Below are positions 1 to 9,676 of a stretch of 64,000 nt of DNA, one piece after another. Every line of letters begins with the position of its first letter. The first letter of the stretch is position 1. Made by a program: the position numbers and the translations under genes. This stretch comes from Polyangiaceae bacterium (GTDB lineage: Bacteria; Myxococcota_A; Polyangia; Polyangiales; Polyangiaceae). The DNA lies in the NCBI GenBank assembly GCA_033763455.1, contig JANRKO010000092.1, forward strand, positions 32,001 through 96,000, read 5' to 3'. The notes beneath the pieces were generated by a model that saw nothing but the letters and a program-made list of their open reading frames with translations, made no database searches and had not been told where the DNA came from.

Positions 1-1483
1 GGTGACCCGTGAGCATGCGCGCCGCGAGCATGGGAGTGAGCGAGAAGCTCACGATCAGGGAGACGGCAATTGAAAACGCCATCGTGTACCCGAAGCTTTT
101 GAGAAAACGCCCGGGAATGCCGCCGATGAAAGCCACAGGAATGAACACGGCCAAGAGAGAAAGCGTTGTAGCTAGAACCGCGAAGCCAATTTCTTTCGTG
201 GCAAGCACTGCCGCGGGCATGGGCTTCATCGATTTTTCCTCGATGAAGCGCACAATATTCTCCAGCACCACGATGGCGTCGTCGATCACGATGCCCACCG
301 CCAATGCGAGTGCCAGAAGTGTGATGTTGTTGAGCGTGTACCCCTGGAACCACATCAAAGCGAAGGTGCCGATGACGGAGATCGGGATCGCCAGTGCCGC
401 AATGAGCGTGCTGCGCAGGTTGCCAAGAAATAGCAGCACGACGAGGGCGGCCAGAATTGCCCCCACGATCAAGTGTTCAATCACCGAGCTTACGCTGGTG
501 CGGATGGTCTCCGAGTTGTCGCGGATTACGTCGAGCTGAACCCCGCGTGGCAGGCTTGTTTTGATCTGATTGAGCCGCTTACGGACATTATCGACAACTT
601 CAATCGTGTTGGTGCCGGATTGCTTCACAATGGAGAGCACCACCGCCTCTTGTCCGTCGTAGCGGGCCAAGCTTTCGACGGCCTCCGCTCCATCTTCGAT
701 CTGTGCCACGTCTGAAAGCCTCGAAATGCGGCCTTCTCGGGAGCCGAGCACGAGGTTACCAATCGCTTCCACCGAGCTTACGCGGCCGTCTATTCTGAGC
801 GTTACGCTCTGCGGACCTGTTTCCAGGTTACCCCCCGGGGTGGTTAGGTTCTGCGATTGTAACGTATTCATTACGTCCATCGCGGTTAGGCCCGCGGCGC
901 GCAGTGCTAAAGGATCCATCTTCACGTGGATCTGGCGTTCCCGGCCACCAATGATGGATACTTTCCCCACACCTAGGATGGTTTCCAGCTGGCGCCGCAC
1001 CTTCTTATCCGCCACCTCAGAAAGCTCTCGAAGCTCTCGGCCATCGCCTCGGATCGCCAAGTAAAGCACCGGAATCGCGCTGGGCTCCACTTTGCTGATG
1101 ATGGGCTGCTCGATGCCGCTCGGCAGGTCGCGCAAGACAGTATTTACCTTGTCGCGGACTTCCTGGGCCGCAACATTGGTGTCCTTATCGAGCTTGAATT
1201 GGATAATAACCTGCGAAACACCTTCGCTCGAAACGGAGTTTAAATCGTCAATCCCAGATATCTGATTAACGGCTCCTTCGATCTTATCCGTAACGTCTGT
1301 TTCCACCTCCCCTGGAGCCGCACCGGGCAGGCTCGTGGTGATGACCACGATGGGAATATCGACATTGGGGAATTGATCCACCCCGAGCGCTCGGTATCCC
1401 ACCGTGCCCAACACCAAAATCACTAACATCAACACAGAGGCGAATACCGGCCTCTGTACACAAACTCGCGCTAACCATTGCAT
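1..1483 (-). CDS. RND efflux transporter permease (AcrB/AcrD/AcrF family), N-terminal part; runs off the window edge
   Basis: Not in the ORF track because there is no stop in the window. Manual translation from ATG 1483 gives MQWLARVCVQRPVFASVLMLVILVLGTVGYRALGVDQFPNVDIP...PGAAPQEVETDVTDKIE and later GIVIDDAIVVLENI, both typical AcrB-family motifs. Lies downstream of the MFP gene. Confidence 0.95.
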   Translation of the reverse strand, partial: MQWLARVCVQRPVFASVLMLVILVLGTVGYRALGVDQFPNVDIPIVVITTSLPGAAPGEVETDVTDKIEGAVNQISGIDDLNSVSSEGVSQVIIQFKLDKDTNVAAQEVRDKVNTVLRDLPSGIEQPIISKVEPSAIPVLYLAIRGDGRELRELSEVADKKVRRQLETILGVGKVSIIGGRERQIHVKMDPLALRAAGLTAMDVMNTLQSQNLTTPGGNLETGPQSVTLRIDGRVSSVEAIGNLVLGSREGRISRLSDVAQIEDGAEAVESLARYDGQEAVVLSIVKQSGTNTIEVVDNVRKRLNQIKTSLPRGVQLDVIRDNSETIRTSVSSVIEHLIVGAILAALVVLLFLGNLRSTLIAALAIPISVIGTFALMWFQGYTLNNITLLALALAVGIVIDDAIVVLENIVRFIEEKSMKPMPAAVLATKEIGFAVLATTLSLLAVFIPVAFIGGIPGRFLKSFGYTMAFSIAVSLIVSFSLTPMLAARMLTGH

Positions 1484-1510
1484 GCTCGCGACCTTTCCCT
1501 ATTCTGGAGC

Positions 1511-2647
1511 TCAGTTAACGCTCTGGCCGTTCCTAAGTTTGTCCGAGTAAACGCTCACAACTTTTTCGCCGAGGGCCACGCCCCGACGGACTGGAATGCG
1601 ATCTGCCACCGCGTCTGCGGGTTGAATCACGCGCTGCTCTAGCGTTGAACCATTCACGATAAGCACGTTCTGCTTGCCATTTTGCAGAAATACGGCTGTT
1701 TTAGGCACGGCGGGCAAATCTTCGTAGCCAATGGTGAGTTGGATGGCTGCAAACATACCGGGCAGAAGCTTTCTATCTGTGTTGGAAACAGCTGCCTCAA
1801 TCAGCACGTCTCGTGTTTGCCGGACCGCTCCAGAGATGTGCACCACACGGCCTGTAAATACCTGTGTCGGATAGGCAACCACGCGAAATGCCACTTCAGC
1901 ATCCTGGCGCACGTCCGGCCAGTTCTTCTCGGGCAAACTGAAACTTAGCCGAAGGTCATCCACCTTCGCGAGGGAAACTACTCGTGAGGCGGGCTGAACA
2001 TACTCCCCAACTTCCACGTAGCGCTCGGTGACAGTTCCTGAGAACGGCGAACGTATTACGCCATCGCCCACGTTTTTCGCGACGATGCTCTGCCTAGCTT
2101 CCGCCGCCTGCACGCTGAGCGGGGCCGTTTTGCACTTGGCCGTTACTTGGTCGTACTCGGCTGGAGTTACGGCTCCACTTTGTTTCAACTTCTCATAGCG
2201 TTCGCACTCCACCTGGCTGATCTCTTGCTGGGTGCGGGAGGCGTCCACCATCACGCGCGCTTCTGCTAACGCTAGAGCCGCCGCGCGCACATCGACGGTA
2301 GCCAGCACCATCCCTTCGGTCACGTTCTGGCCAGCTTCAACAGAAGTGGAGAGCACTCGGCCGGCTACGTTGGCCGCCAAATCAGCCTCTTTAGCCCCGC
2401 GTAGAGTTCCGGTGAGAAGCAGTACCTTCGGCGTCTTCACGGCCGTAACCGGCACTGTATCGACGTGAACTGGTGGCTCGGAAGGCTGCGATGCGGCGGC
2501 GGCTTCTTGCTTCTTACACGCAGGCAGTAGTTGGGTGCCGAGGGCGCTAAGCACCATCAGTGCGAGGGCCCTCTGCCAGGGTCGAGAGAAGGGGCGGCGG
2601 AGGGATTGGGGGAGCGTGAAGGGCAGCATTGGAACCTGGGGATTCAT
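1511..2647 (-). CDS. RND efflux periplasmic adaptor (membrane fusion protein), lipoprotein
   Basis: Lipobox LPAC; lipoyl half-motifs (AGRVLSTSVEAGQNVTEG, IRSPFSGTVTERYVEVGEYV); LLPGMFA motif; sits between TolC and RND genes. Confidence 0.93.
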   Translation of the reverse strand: MNPQVPMLPFTLPQSLRRPFSRPWQRALALMVLSALGTQLLPACKKQEAAAASQPSEPPVHVDTVPVTAVKTPKVLLLTGTLRGAKEADLAANVAGRVLSTSVEAGQNVTEGMVLATVDVRAAALALAEARVMVDASRTQQEISQVECERYEKLKQSGAVTPAEYDQVTAKCKTAPLSVQAAEARQSIVAKNVGDGVIRSPFSGTVTERYVEVGEYVQPASRVVSLAKVDDLRLSFSLPEKNWPDVRQDAEVAFRVVAYPTQVFTGRVVHISGAVRQTRDVLIEAAVSNTDRKLLPGMFAAIQLTIGYEDLPAVPKTAVFLQNGKQNVLIVNGSTLEQRVIQPADAVADRIPVRRGVALGEKVVSVYSDKLRNGQSVN

Positions 2648-2674
2648 AGAAAATGGTGTACGCAGAAAAGGAGG

Positions 2675-3985
2675 CTATCGGATCTGTTGGGGAGCGCCGG
2701 CCGCAACCGGAGATTGTCCGGAAGCAATGCGCAGTAGTGCACGTGAAAAGGCAAGGTCAGCGTCTGCTTGAATCCGCGCCGCTTCGGCTTGGAAGGCGTC
2801 CCGCTGGCTCTGAGTAACATCCAGCTGGGTGAGCGTTCCTGCCTTGTAACGTTCCAAGGCCAGAGCCTCCGCTTTCTTGGAGGCTTCAGCTTGAGCACGA
2901 GCTGAGGCGCTTCTAGCGATCCCGCTCACCACGCGATGATATGCGTCAAAGATCGCATCATCCACGCCGCGCCGCACCCGAGCGGTGTGAATGCTTTGCG
3001 CTTCGCTTCCAAGTGCTTGGGCTTGGGCAGTCTTATAGGTGGAATAGTCCAAGCGCCAGGAAAGAACGGCCTGCAGGGCGTAGGTGCTGGAGTGGCCAGA
3101 AAACCCTCCGGCATTGGACACACGCTCCTGCGCATTGGCTGAAAGGGTCGGCAACAGGGCGGCTTTAGCGGCTTTTTCGCCTTCACGTGCCATTTCGCTG
3201 AGCGCGGCCTGCACGCGCTCTTCCGGCGTATCTTGGGCCGAGAGCCAAGCGCTGAGCGGTGGCTCGGCGTGCAGATCGTCAGTGAGGTAGCTGTCGGCGG
3301 GCGTGGGCGTGAGGCCGGTTAATGTCTGAAGTTGCCGCGCCACTGTTAGCCCAACAAGTTGCGCATCCGTAACGTCTTGTTTGGCGCGCTCAAGGTTCGC
3401 TCGAGCTCGCTCCTGATCGAGCTCCGAGGCAACGCCCAACTCGCGGCGGGTGTTGATGAACTTCAGATTATCTTCGGCGATGGCTAAGCTCCGCTTGGAT
3501 GCCTCGAACAGTGCTCCTGCACCCAGGAAGCTGAAGTAGAGGCGCGTTACAGCCTGATCAAGCCGGGCTCCAACCAGCGCCCGTTGCGATTCAGCAACGT
3601 CCGCAGCGCGTGAAGCCTGACGGTAGCGATGGTGGCTCGCCAAGTCCAGAATGGGTAAGTCGACTTGAAAAATGGCGTCGAGCTGATTCTGAGGTGTAAT
3701 GACGATGGAGGGGCCATTGGGCAGCGTAACGGCGGTCTCGTATTGGTTGCGCGTGTACACGCCACGTGCCGACACCGTAGGCAGAAGACGACCGAAAGCC
3801 GCCTCGCTTTCGAGGCTTCGCTGCCGAGCCGCAACGTCCGCCTCCCGGGCGTCAAAGCTTCTTGAGCGGGCTTGATTCAAGAACTCGGCGAGGGGCTGCA
3901 GAGCCCACGCTGAGCTGGAAATTAGCAAGATCCCGCAGAAAATAATCAATTGTGAGCTCCTGCTCAATAAATGTCTCAACAACAT
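2675..3985 (-). CDS. TolC-family outer membrane efflux protein
   Basis: Signal peptide; two OEP-like repeats (LLPTVSA / LLPTLSA, ERYKAGTLTQLDV); operon context. Confidence 0.9.
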   Translation of the reverse strand: MLLRHLLSRSSQLIIFCGILLISSSAWALQPLAEFLNQARSRSFDAREADVAARQRSLESEAAFGRLLPTVSARGVYTRNQYETAVTLPNGPSIVITPQNQLDAIFQVDLPILDLASHHRYRQASRAADVAESQRALVGARLDQAVTRLYFSFLGAGALFEASKRSLAIAEDNLKFINTRRELGVASELDQERARANLERAKQDVTDAQLVGLTVARQLQTLTGLTPTPADSYLTDDLHAEPPLSAWLSAQDTPEERVQAALSEMAREGEKAAKAALLPTLSANAQERVSNAGGFSGHSSTYALQAVLSWRLDYSTYKTAQAQALGSEAQSIHTARVRRGVDDAIFDAYHRVVSGIARSASARAQAEASKKAEALALERYKAGTLTQLDVTQSQRDAFQAEAARIQADADLAFSRALLRIASGQSPVAAGAPQQIR

Positions 3986-4029
3986 GGGGTACTCGTTGGT
4001 CCTACCTAGATCCTAATTCCTAAAGCCGC

Positions 4030-4725
4030 TCATCCTCGCTCAGCCCGCCGGTTCCGCGCAGGGGTGGCTGGTGAGCTGGGTTGCACTGCGCCGTTGAGCA
4101 ATAGATCGACGAAGCCTCGCACGAACATTCCCTCAGGGATCACCGCGCCTGGCTGATCGGCCATCAGGATGCGGCTCATGCAGTAGTGGTGAAGCGATCC
4201 GACAAAAGTACGAGCGAGCACTTCGGCGTCGAGGGGTCGCAGAGCTCCCCTCGCCATTTGAGACTCGAAGTAACTTCCGAGTTGTTTGATAAATGCCCTA
4301 AAATTTGCCCGATTTGCGTCACACGGGGTAGCGCCGCACAAATTCGGGTTCGACCAAGACATCATCATAAGAGGCAAGGCCGTGCGCCCGATCTCCAGCA
4401 GCGTAGTGGCAAGCTTTACGAGGGCATCCGAGAGGTCAAGCTCCGAAAGGTTGCCGAGCGCTTGCATCAACATTTGTGGGACGGCGTTCTGGTCGTGCTG
4501 CATGGCCGCGCTAAAGAGGCCCTCTTTGGACTTGAAGCGATGAAAGAGGGCCCCTTCGGAAACGCCAGCTCGTTCAGCCACCTCGGAAGTGGTCGCTCGG
4601 ATGCCGCGCTCCAAGAAAACTTCGCGCGCCACCTGGAGGAGCTTCTCCGAATCAATCGTCGGCGGGCGCCCCCGCTTGGGCACCTGTTTTGTGTTATTTG
4701 TCGGGGAAATGGCGACGCGGCGCAT
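4030..4725 (-). CDS. TetR/AcrR family transcriptional regulator
   Basis: N-terminal HTH (ATTSEVAERAGVSEGALFHRFKSKEGLF); first gene of the efflux operon. Confidence 0.95.
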   Translation of the reverse strand: MRRVAISPTNNTKQVPKRGRPPTIDSEKLLQVAREVFLERGIRATTSEVAERAGVSEGALFHRFKSKEGLFSAAMQHDQNAVPQMLMQALGNLSELDLSDALVKLATTLLEIGRTALPLMMMSWSNPNLCGATPCDANRANFRAFIKQLGSYFESQMARGALRPLDAEVLARTFVGSLHHYCMSRILMADQPGAVIPEGMFVRGFVDLLLNGAVQPSSPATPARNRRAERG

Positions 4726-4738
4726 GCGTGGGGCCCTT

Positions 4739-4765
4739 TATTGAGTGAATGCTCAGTATTGTCAA
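4739..4765 (-). promoter_or_regulatory. Putative sigma70 -35 element (TTGACA) with an adjacent imperfect palindrome (candidate TetR operator)
   Basis: Minus strand TTGACA at 4765-4760, followed by TACTGAGCATTCACTCAATA (TGAG-N6-CTCA dyad), just upstream of the TetR ATG. Confidence 0.55.
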
Positions 4766-4838
4766 TAGGACGTAATTCAGGGCTGCCGTTACAACCCGCT
4801 TTGCGCGTACGCCGATTGCCGTTTAGGTTCGGCCCGCG

Positions 4839-6014
4839 ATGCACCCAAGCTATGTTAGTTCCCAGAACCGAGACGTCCCGCTTGGGCGCCCAGGGGAGTT
4901 TGGTCCCATTCAGCTAGGTGCGTTGAGCATCTCTCCTCCAGTGGTCCTCGCGCCCATGGCGGGAGTCACGAACTATCCGTTCCGGGCCCTCTGCAAACGC
5001 TTCGGTGCAGGCCTGTACGTGAGCGAAATGATCACCGCTCGCCCTTTGGTGGAAGGTCGCCAAAAGACGTTGCGCCTGGCGGATTTTGGGCCAGAGGAAA
5101 GCCCGCGTAGCCTTCAGCTTTATGGTGTGGATCCCCACTACGTAGGGGAAGCGGTTAAGTTGTTGGTGGGTGAGGGGCGAGTGGATCACATCGACATGAA
5201 CTTCGGCTGCCCGGTGCCCAAAGTTACACGCAAAGGTGGCGGCGCGGCTATCCCGCTCAAAGCGAACTTGCTGCGTTCCATCGTGCGAGCGGCCGTCCAG
5301 AATGCGGAAAAGATCCCTGTTACCATCAAATTTCGGCTTGGAATCGACGAAGAACACCTCACATTTCTGACCGCCGGGCGCATTGCTGAGGAAGAGGGGT
5401 GCGCGGCTGTTAGTCTGCATGCGCGTACGGCTGCGCAACTGTACGATGGTGAAGCGCGCTGGGATTCTATTGGGGAGCTGAAGCGTGCGGTGAAGATCCC
5501 GGTGCTTGGCAATGGGGACATCTGGGAGGCCTACGACGCGTTGCGCATGCTCCGGACAACGGGATGTGATGGCGTGGTGGTGGGGCGGGGATGCCTAGGT
5601 AGGCCGTGGTTATTTCGGGATTTAGCCTGCGTGTTTGAGGGCAAAGAGCCACCGGATCCGCCACGCCTCGGAGAGATAGGGCGCATCATGCTGGAGCACG
5701 CTCAGCTTCTTGCCGATTGGTGGGGTGAAGGGCCTGCCATGCGCGCGTTTCGTCGGCATGCCACCTGGTACACAAAGGGATTCCGCGGGAGCGCACAGCT
5801 TCGCCAGAGCCTAACGTTTGTGAACTCGATCGCGGAGCTTTCAGCCATTGTGGCCCAGATGGATCCGAATGAGCCCTTCCCAGCTTCGGCCATGCGGGTT
5901 CCTCGCGGCAAAGCGAGTGGCACTCAGCGAGTAGCGTTGCCCGACGGTTACCTGGATTCGCTGGAGGACTCAGTGCCGCCAGAGGATGAAGGGGATTTGC
6001 ATTCCGGCGGGTAG
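4839..6014 (+). CDS. dusB: tRNA-dihydrouridine synthase DusB
   Basis: Motifs LAPMAGVT, IDMNFGCPVPKV, HART, GNGDI and GRGCLGRPW. Confidence 0.95.
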   Translation: MHPSYVSSQNRDVPLGRPGEFGPIQLGALSISPPVVLAPMAGVTNYPFRALCKRFGAGLYVSEMITARPLVEGRQKTLRLADFGPEESPRSLQLYGVDPHYVGEAVKLLVGEGRVDHIDMNFGCPVPKVTRKGGGAAIPLKANLLRSIVRAAVQNAEKIPVTIKFRLGIDEEHLTFLTAGRIAEEEGCAAVSLHARTAAQLYDGEARWDSIGELKRAVKIPVLGNGDIWEAYDALRMLRTTGCDGVVVGRGCLGRPWLFRDLACVFEGKEPPDPPRLGEIGRIMLEHAQLLADWWGEGPAMRAFRRHATWYTKGFRGSAQLRQSLTFVNSIAELSAIVAQMDPNEPFPASAMRVPRGKASGTQRVALPDGYLDSLEDSVPPEDEGDLHSGG

Positions 6015-6019
6015 GGCGC

Positions 6020-7552
6020 GTGGTGGATCTCGAGGTGAGCACGACTAAAGACGGCGAGCATCGGCCGTTCGGGAAACACCGCGCGCTCTGGGAAGGCGTT
6101 TTCGCGGTGGCTGCCCTCGCGCTCACGGTGCCTCTGTGGTTTGCAAGCTACCCTCCGCTCCAGGATTTCCCGCAACACGTAGCGGCAGTGCGCGTCATTC
6201 ACGATTTAAATACTCCGGAGTTTGCCTTTCGCAACTTCTTTGAGGTCGATTGGTCGCGAACCCAATACCTCTCTGTCTACCTTTGCGCCCACCTCCTGGC
6301 ATACGCGTTCGGTGTCATCTTGGCCTGCAAGCTATTGCTCGCAGCGATCTTAGTTGCGCTGCCGTATTCACTGCGCTCCGTTCTGAAGGCGCATGGCCAT
6401 CCGGAGTGTTACGCGCTGCTTTGCCTCCCGCTCAGCTACAATGTCCATTTTGTTCTAGGCTTCCTCAATTTTTTGGCCGCTATTCCGTTGTTCTTTTGGG
6501 GTGTCAGTGCGGCGGTTCGCTATCGAACAAAGCCGAACGTGTTTGGTGCGTTGTTGTTGGGCGTCCTGGCTCTTCTGCTCTTCTACACACACGTCATTCC
6601 GTTCGTGATGTTGCTGGGTGCGGTGTTTGGTTTGGCTCTGCAGCGCGATGTGCGAAGGCTCGCCGCCGCCCTGTTGCCGGTCGTTCCTGCGCTCGTAGCG
6701 CTGGCGTTTTGGATGTTCCGGAGTCCCGCGGGGCGCATCGTGATGGGGGCTTCCACGGCAGAGGCGCCGCGACCGGCAGAATACGCCACCGTAACGCAGA
6801 ACCTGAGAGATCTTTCCAGATGGCTCCTCGACGTTGTGCCTGGTTCGAGCGACGAAACGGTCTTGCTGATTTGGGTCGCTCTGTTCTTTACAGCGGTTCT
6901 TCTCGGTAATTCTATCCACGGAGCCCGAAGTGCCCCGTTATTGGGTCGTTGGATCTGGTTGCTGCCGGCGACGGCGCTGGGCTATTTTTTTGCGCCGGTA
7001 GCCTATGATTGGATTTGGCCGATCAACGGCAGGTTTCCGATCTTGATGCTGCTGCTCGGCATTGTCTTGATGCCGCGCCTCTCCCTCTGGCCGAAGCGAG
7101 TGCTTTCGTTAGGGGCCCTGGGCCTTGAGGCAGTTTCCGTGGTTACCGTGTCTCGGGCTTTCGCCGAGAGCGAGAGCGAGTCGAGGGGGCTGCACAGCAT
7201 GATTGCTCAAATTCCAAAGGGTGAACGCGTCGCGGGTCTGATCTTCAGGTCCACTTCTCGGGCCCTGAATTTCAACGTGTTTCTCCATTCAGTGGCCTGG
7301 TATCAAGCCGAACGCGGGGGAGCGGTGATGTTCAGTTTTGTCGACTTCCCGCAATCCCCTGTGCGTTTTCTGGCCGCCAGTCGTCCCCCAAAGGTGTTCC
7401 CTCGCTGGGAATACCGGCCCGACCTTGTGCACCCGCGCACCGAGCTCGGCTGGTACAGCTACGTGATCTCGCGCGAAGGTCCGGGGGAGCTCCCCGGGCT
7501 CACTCTAGTGGCCCAGGATGGCCCGTGGCGCCTTTGGCAAACGGCCCCTTGA
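6020..7552 (+). CDS. Polytopic membrane protein of unknown function (possibly GT-C fold)
   Basis: 510 aa with roughly 10-12 hydrophobic segments, a PLQDFPQH loop after the first helix and a soluble C-terminal domain; starts 5 bp after the dusB stop. Confidence 0.75.
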   Translation: MVDLEVSTTKDGEHRPFGKHRALWEGVFAVAALALTVPLWFASYPPLQDFPQHVAAVRVIHDLNTPEFAFRNFFEVDWSRTQYLSVYLCAHLLAYAFGVILACKLLLAAILVALPYSLRSVLKAHGHPECYALLCLPLSYNVHFVLGFLNFLAAIPLFFWGVSAAVRYRTKPNVFGALLLGVLALLLFYTHVIPFVMLLGAVFGLALQRDVRRLAAALLPVVPALVALAFWMFRSPAGRIVMGASTAEAPRPAEYATVTQNLRDLSRWLLDVVPGSSDETVLLIWVALFFTAVLLGNSIHGARSAPLLGRWIWLLPATALGYFFAPVAYDWIWPINGRFPILMLLLGIVLMPRLSLWPKRVLSLGALGLEAVSVVTVSRAFAESESESRGLHSMIAQIPKGERVAGLIFRSTSRALNFNVFLHSVAWYQAERGGAVMFSFVDFPQSPVRFLAASRPPKVFPRWEYRPDLVHPRTELGWYSYVISREGPGELPGLTLVAQDGPWRLWQTAP

Positions 7553-7592
7553 CGCTCGGCCGGAGATGTTCGAAGAGTGCGGCTCCTTACCG

Positions 7593-7682
7593 GGAGGAGT
7601 GGCCGAGCGGTTCATGGCACCGGTTTTGAAAACCGGCGTAGTCGAAAGGCTACCGGGGGTTCGAATCCCTCCTCCTCCGCCA
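7593..7682 (+). tRNA. tRNA-Ser (anticodon TGA)
   Basis: Acceptor stem GGAGGAG/CTCCTCC, discriminator G, encoded CCA; anticodon arm CCGGT-TTTGAAA-ACCGG; long variable arm; GGTTCGAATCC T-arm. Confidence 0.98.
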
Positions 7683-7703
7683 AAGCGGACCGAAGGTCCG
7701 CTT
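7683..7703 (+). terminator. GC-rich hairpin immediately after tRNA-Ser (terminator-like)
   Basis: Perfect 9-bp stem AAGCGGACC-GAA-GGTCCGCTT; the U-tail is weak. Confidence 0.5.
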
Positions 7704-7763
7704 GCGGAAGAGCAGGGATATCGTGGTTGATTGCTCGCGCTTGGGAGCGCTCGCGCAAGGCCG

Positions 7764-7792
7764 CGAATCCCTCCTCCTCCGCTTGCGGAAGA
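7764..7792 (+). repeat. Direct repeat of the tRNA-Ser 3' end
   Basis: CGAATCCCTCCTCCTCCGC at 7764-7782 is identical to 7662-7680. CCGCTTGCGGAAGA at 7779-7792 is identical to 7698-7711. Confidence 0.9.
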
Positions 7793-7797
7793 TATTG

Positions 7798-8673
7798 TCA
7801 GCTCCCGCCGTGCTCCTGGCGGGCTCGTTCGCGGTAGGTGCGCGGTCCGGTGCCAGCATGCTTAAGGAAAACGCGGCCGAAGTAGTTGGCGTCAGGAATG
7901 CCCACGTCACCTGCAATTTGCTTGATCGGGGCATCGGTATGCTTGAGCAGGTGTTCGGCGCGCTGCACGCGAATGTGTGTGAGGTAGGCCGCCGGCGAGA
8001 GCCCGAAGCAATCGACAAAGCATCGTCGCAAGGTGCTTTGGGACATGTGCGCGCGCCGACAGAGCTCGGAAAGCGTGATCGGACGATGAAAGTTCTTCTC
8101 AATCCAACTAAGCAACGATGATAGACGAAGCAAAGATTTGGAAGAATCGTGGCTGAGCGTTTCGTAGCGACGAGCAAGCTCGATCACGATGGCTATGAAG
8201 ATGCTGCTCAAGGTCAGCTGAAAGCACGGGCTTTTCTTCAGAACTTCCTCGTGCATCTTATCCAGCCACACTTCGATTTCGGAGAGTGCACCTTCGTCGA
8301 GCTGAAGACGGCTGGCAAAGGCATGTTGCGTGCGCAGCCTTGGCTCTAGCGTGAAGAGCGCGTGGTAGCCGGGAAGCTGATTGAGCTGATGCTCCGGCAT
8401 GATCAGCCGCTTTGAATCGAACAGGATATTCATAACCTGGAGCGATTCACAGTGTGCGTACCCATGCTCGGCGTGCGGTGGGACGACAAACACATCTCCT
8501 CGCCGGATCGGAAAAGACTCGGTGCCCAGTACGTGCTGGCCGGTTCCTTGGCGCACAATCACGAGCTCAGAGTGCCCGAAGTGCCGGTGCAGGCCGATAT
8601 TTCGCTGGGCCACTGGGTAGGCTGTGAGGGGGAACTCACTCAAGCCTTGTGCATAGAATTCCCACGGCGGCAT
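7798..8673 (-). CDS. AraC family regulator, RhaS/RhaR-like (cupin sensor + HTH)
   Basis: Cupin segment HRHFGHSELVIVRQGTGQH...RGDVFVVPP; C-terminal AraC signature (IAGDVGIPDANYFGRVFLKHAGTGPRTYR). Start moved to ATG 8673; the ORF track gives 8763. Confidence 0.92.
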   Translation of the reverse strand: MPPWEFYAQGLSEFPLTAYPVAQRNIGLHRHFGHSELVIVRQGTGQHVLGTESFPIRRGDVFVVPPHAEHGYAHCESLQVMNILFDSKRLIMPEHQLNQLPGYHALFTLEPRLRTQHAFASRLQLDEGALSEIEVWLDKMHEEVLKKSPCFQLTLSSIFIAIVIELARRYETLSHDSSKSLLRLSSLLSWIEKNFHRPITLSELCRRAHMSQSTLRRCFVDCFGLSPAAYLTHIRVQRAEHLLKHTDAPIKQIAGDVGIPDANYFGRVFLKHAGTGPRTYRERARQEHGGS

Positions 8674-8734
8674 GGGTTCAGCGTAGCAGGCTTCCGGAGC
8701 GGTGACGGCGTGGGGTCGGCCCGTCTCGCGGCGA

Positions 8735-9676
8735 TCAGCGAGCCGGCTCGTAGTAGTCCGCAATCATTTTGGCCCAGATAGGCGCCGCTTCGGGGCTTGG
8801 GTGCGGCGGCAAGTTGTAGTCTGAACACGCCTTGGCTTCGAAACGCGGCGAGGCCAGCACAAAGCCTTGAGAGGAGGCGGCCAGCTCGGCAATAGCTTGA
8901 TCTTGCCCAGGGCTAATGGTTAGCCGGTTGGTGTCTTCGTTGGGGCAGCCCATATTCCCGGGTGCACGCACGAACGTGGCCAGCTCCACTTGCCTGAGAT
9001 TGGAAAATTTCGCCTTGAGGTTAGCTACAACTTTTTCCAACGGAGGCTTCCACTCCTCCACTGTCTTGTAGTCCCAATTGAGCCCGACAAAGATCACTCG
9101 ATCTGGGTTGCTTGCGGAGGAGGCGCAAGGGGAGGTGATGGGTTCGGACCAGATTGGGTCATTAGGGTCTGCCCAAAGCTCCACCATGCCTTCGTGCACG
9201 CCCCGCAATTCCCAGCGAGAATCAGTGACGCCCCACGATTGTCCATCGGCTTTCTCAAAGCCTTCGTTGTACCACTCCGCGGTGGCCAAGATGCCTTGTA
9301 CTAAGGTGCAAGTGAATTCACTGGGTGGTGTGCTTGCGGCACCGCCAGAGCTCGGCGAACCACCTAAGCTGGAGCCCCCGCTGCTCGCACCCCCACCACC
9401 CGTTGAGCCGCCCACCATCTGTGGTGCACCACCGGATGCACTAGGCTGACCGCCGAGCGCGGCGGAGCTCGGCGGTCCCCCGGAGCCTCTTCCGCCGAAA
9501 GCAGGCGACGAGCCGGGGCTTCCACCCATAGCGGGCACCAATGGCCGCGCCCCACCAGCTTCCATGTAGGTGCCGCCCGCACTAGGTGAAGGCTCGATAG
9601 CTCGTTGCTCTGCAGCACTGCTGCAGCCTGAGGCCAACAAGCTGAGCCCACCCAGCACCCGCGCCACCATTGACAT
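8735..9676 (-). CDS. Hypothetical lipoprotein with Gly/Ser linker and about 175-aa C-terminal domain
   Basis: Lipobox LASGC; low-complexity linker; folded-looking domain with several Cys and Trp. Start uncertain (9676 chosen). Confidence 0.8.
   Translation of the reverse strand: MSMVARVLGGLSLLASGCSSAAEQRAIEPSPSAGGTYMEAGGARPLVPAMGGSPGSSPAFGGRGSGGPPSSAALGGQPSASGGAPQMVGGSTGGGGASSGGSSLGGSPSSGGAASTPPSEFTCTLVQGILATAEWYNEGFEKADGQSWGVTDSRWELRGVHEGMVELWADPNDPIWSEPITSPCASSASNPDRVIFVGLNWDYKTVEEWKPPLEKVVANLKAKFSNLRQVELATFVRAPGNMGCPNEDTNRLTISPGQDQAIAELAASSQGFVLASPRFEAKACSDYNLPPHPSPEAAPIWAKMIADYYEPAR

Noticed and set aside
9..1064. Plus-strand ORFs 9-539, 473-715 and 726-1064
   Set aside because: They are antisense shadows of the RND permease on the minus strand.
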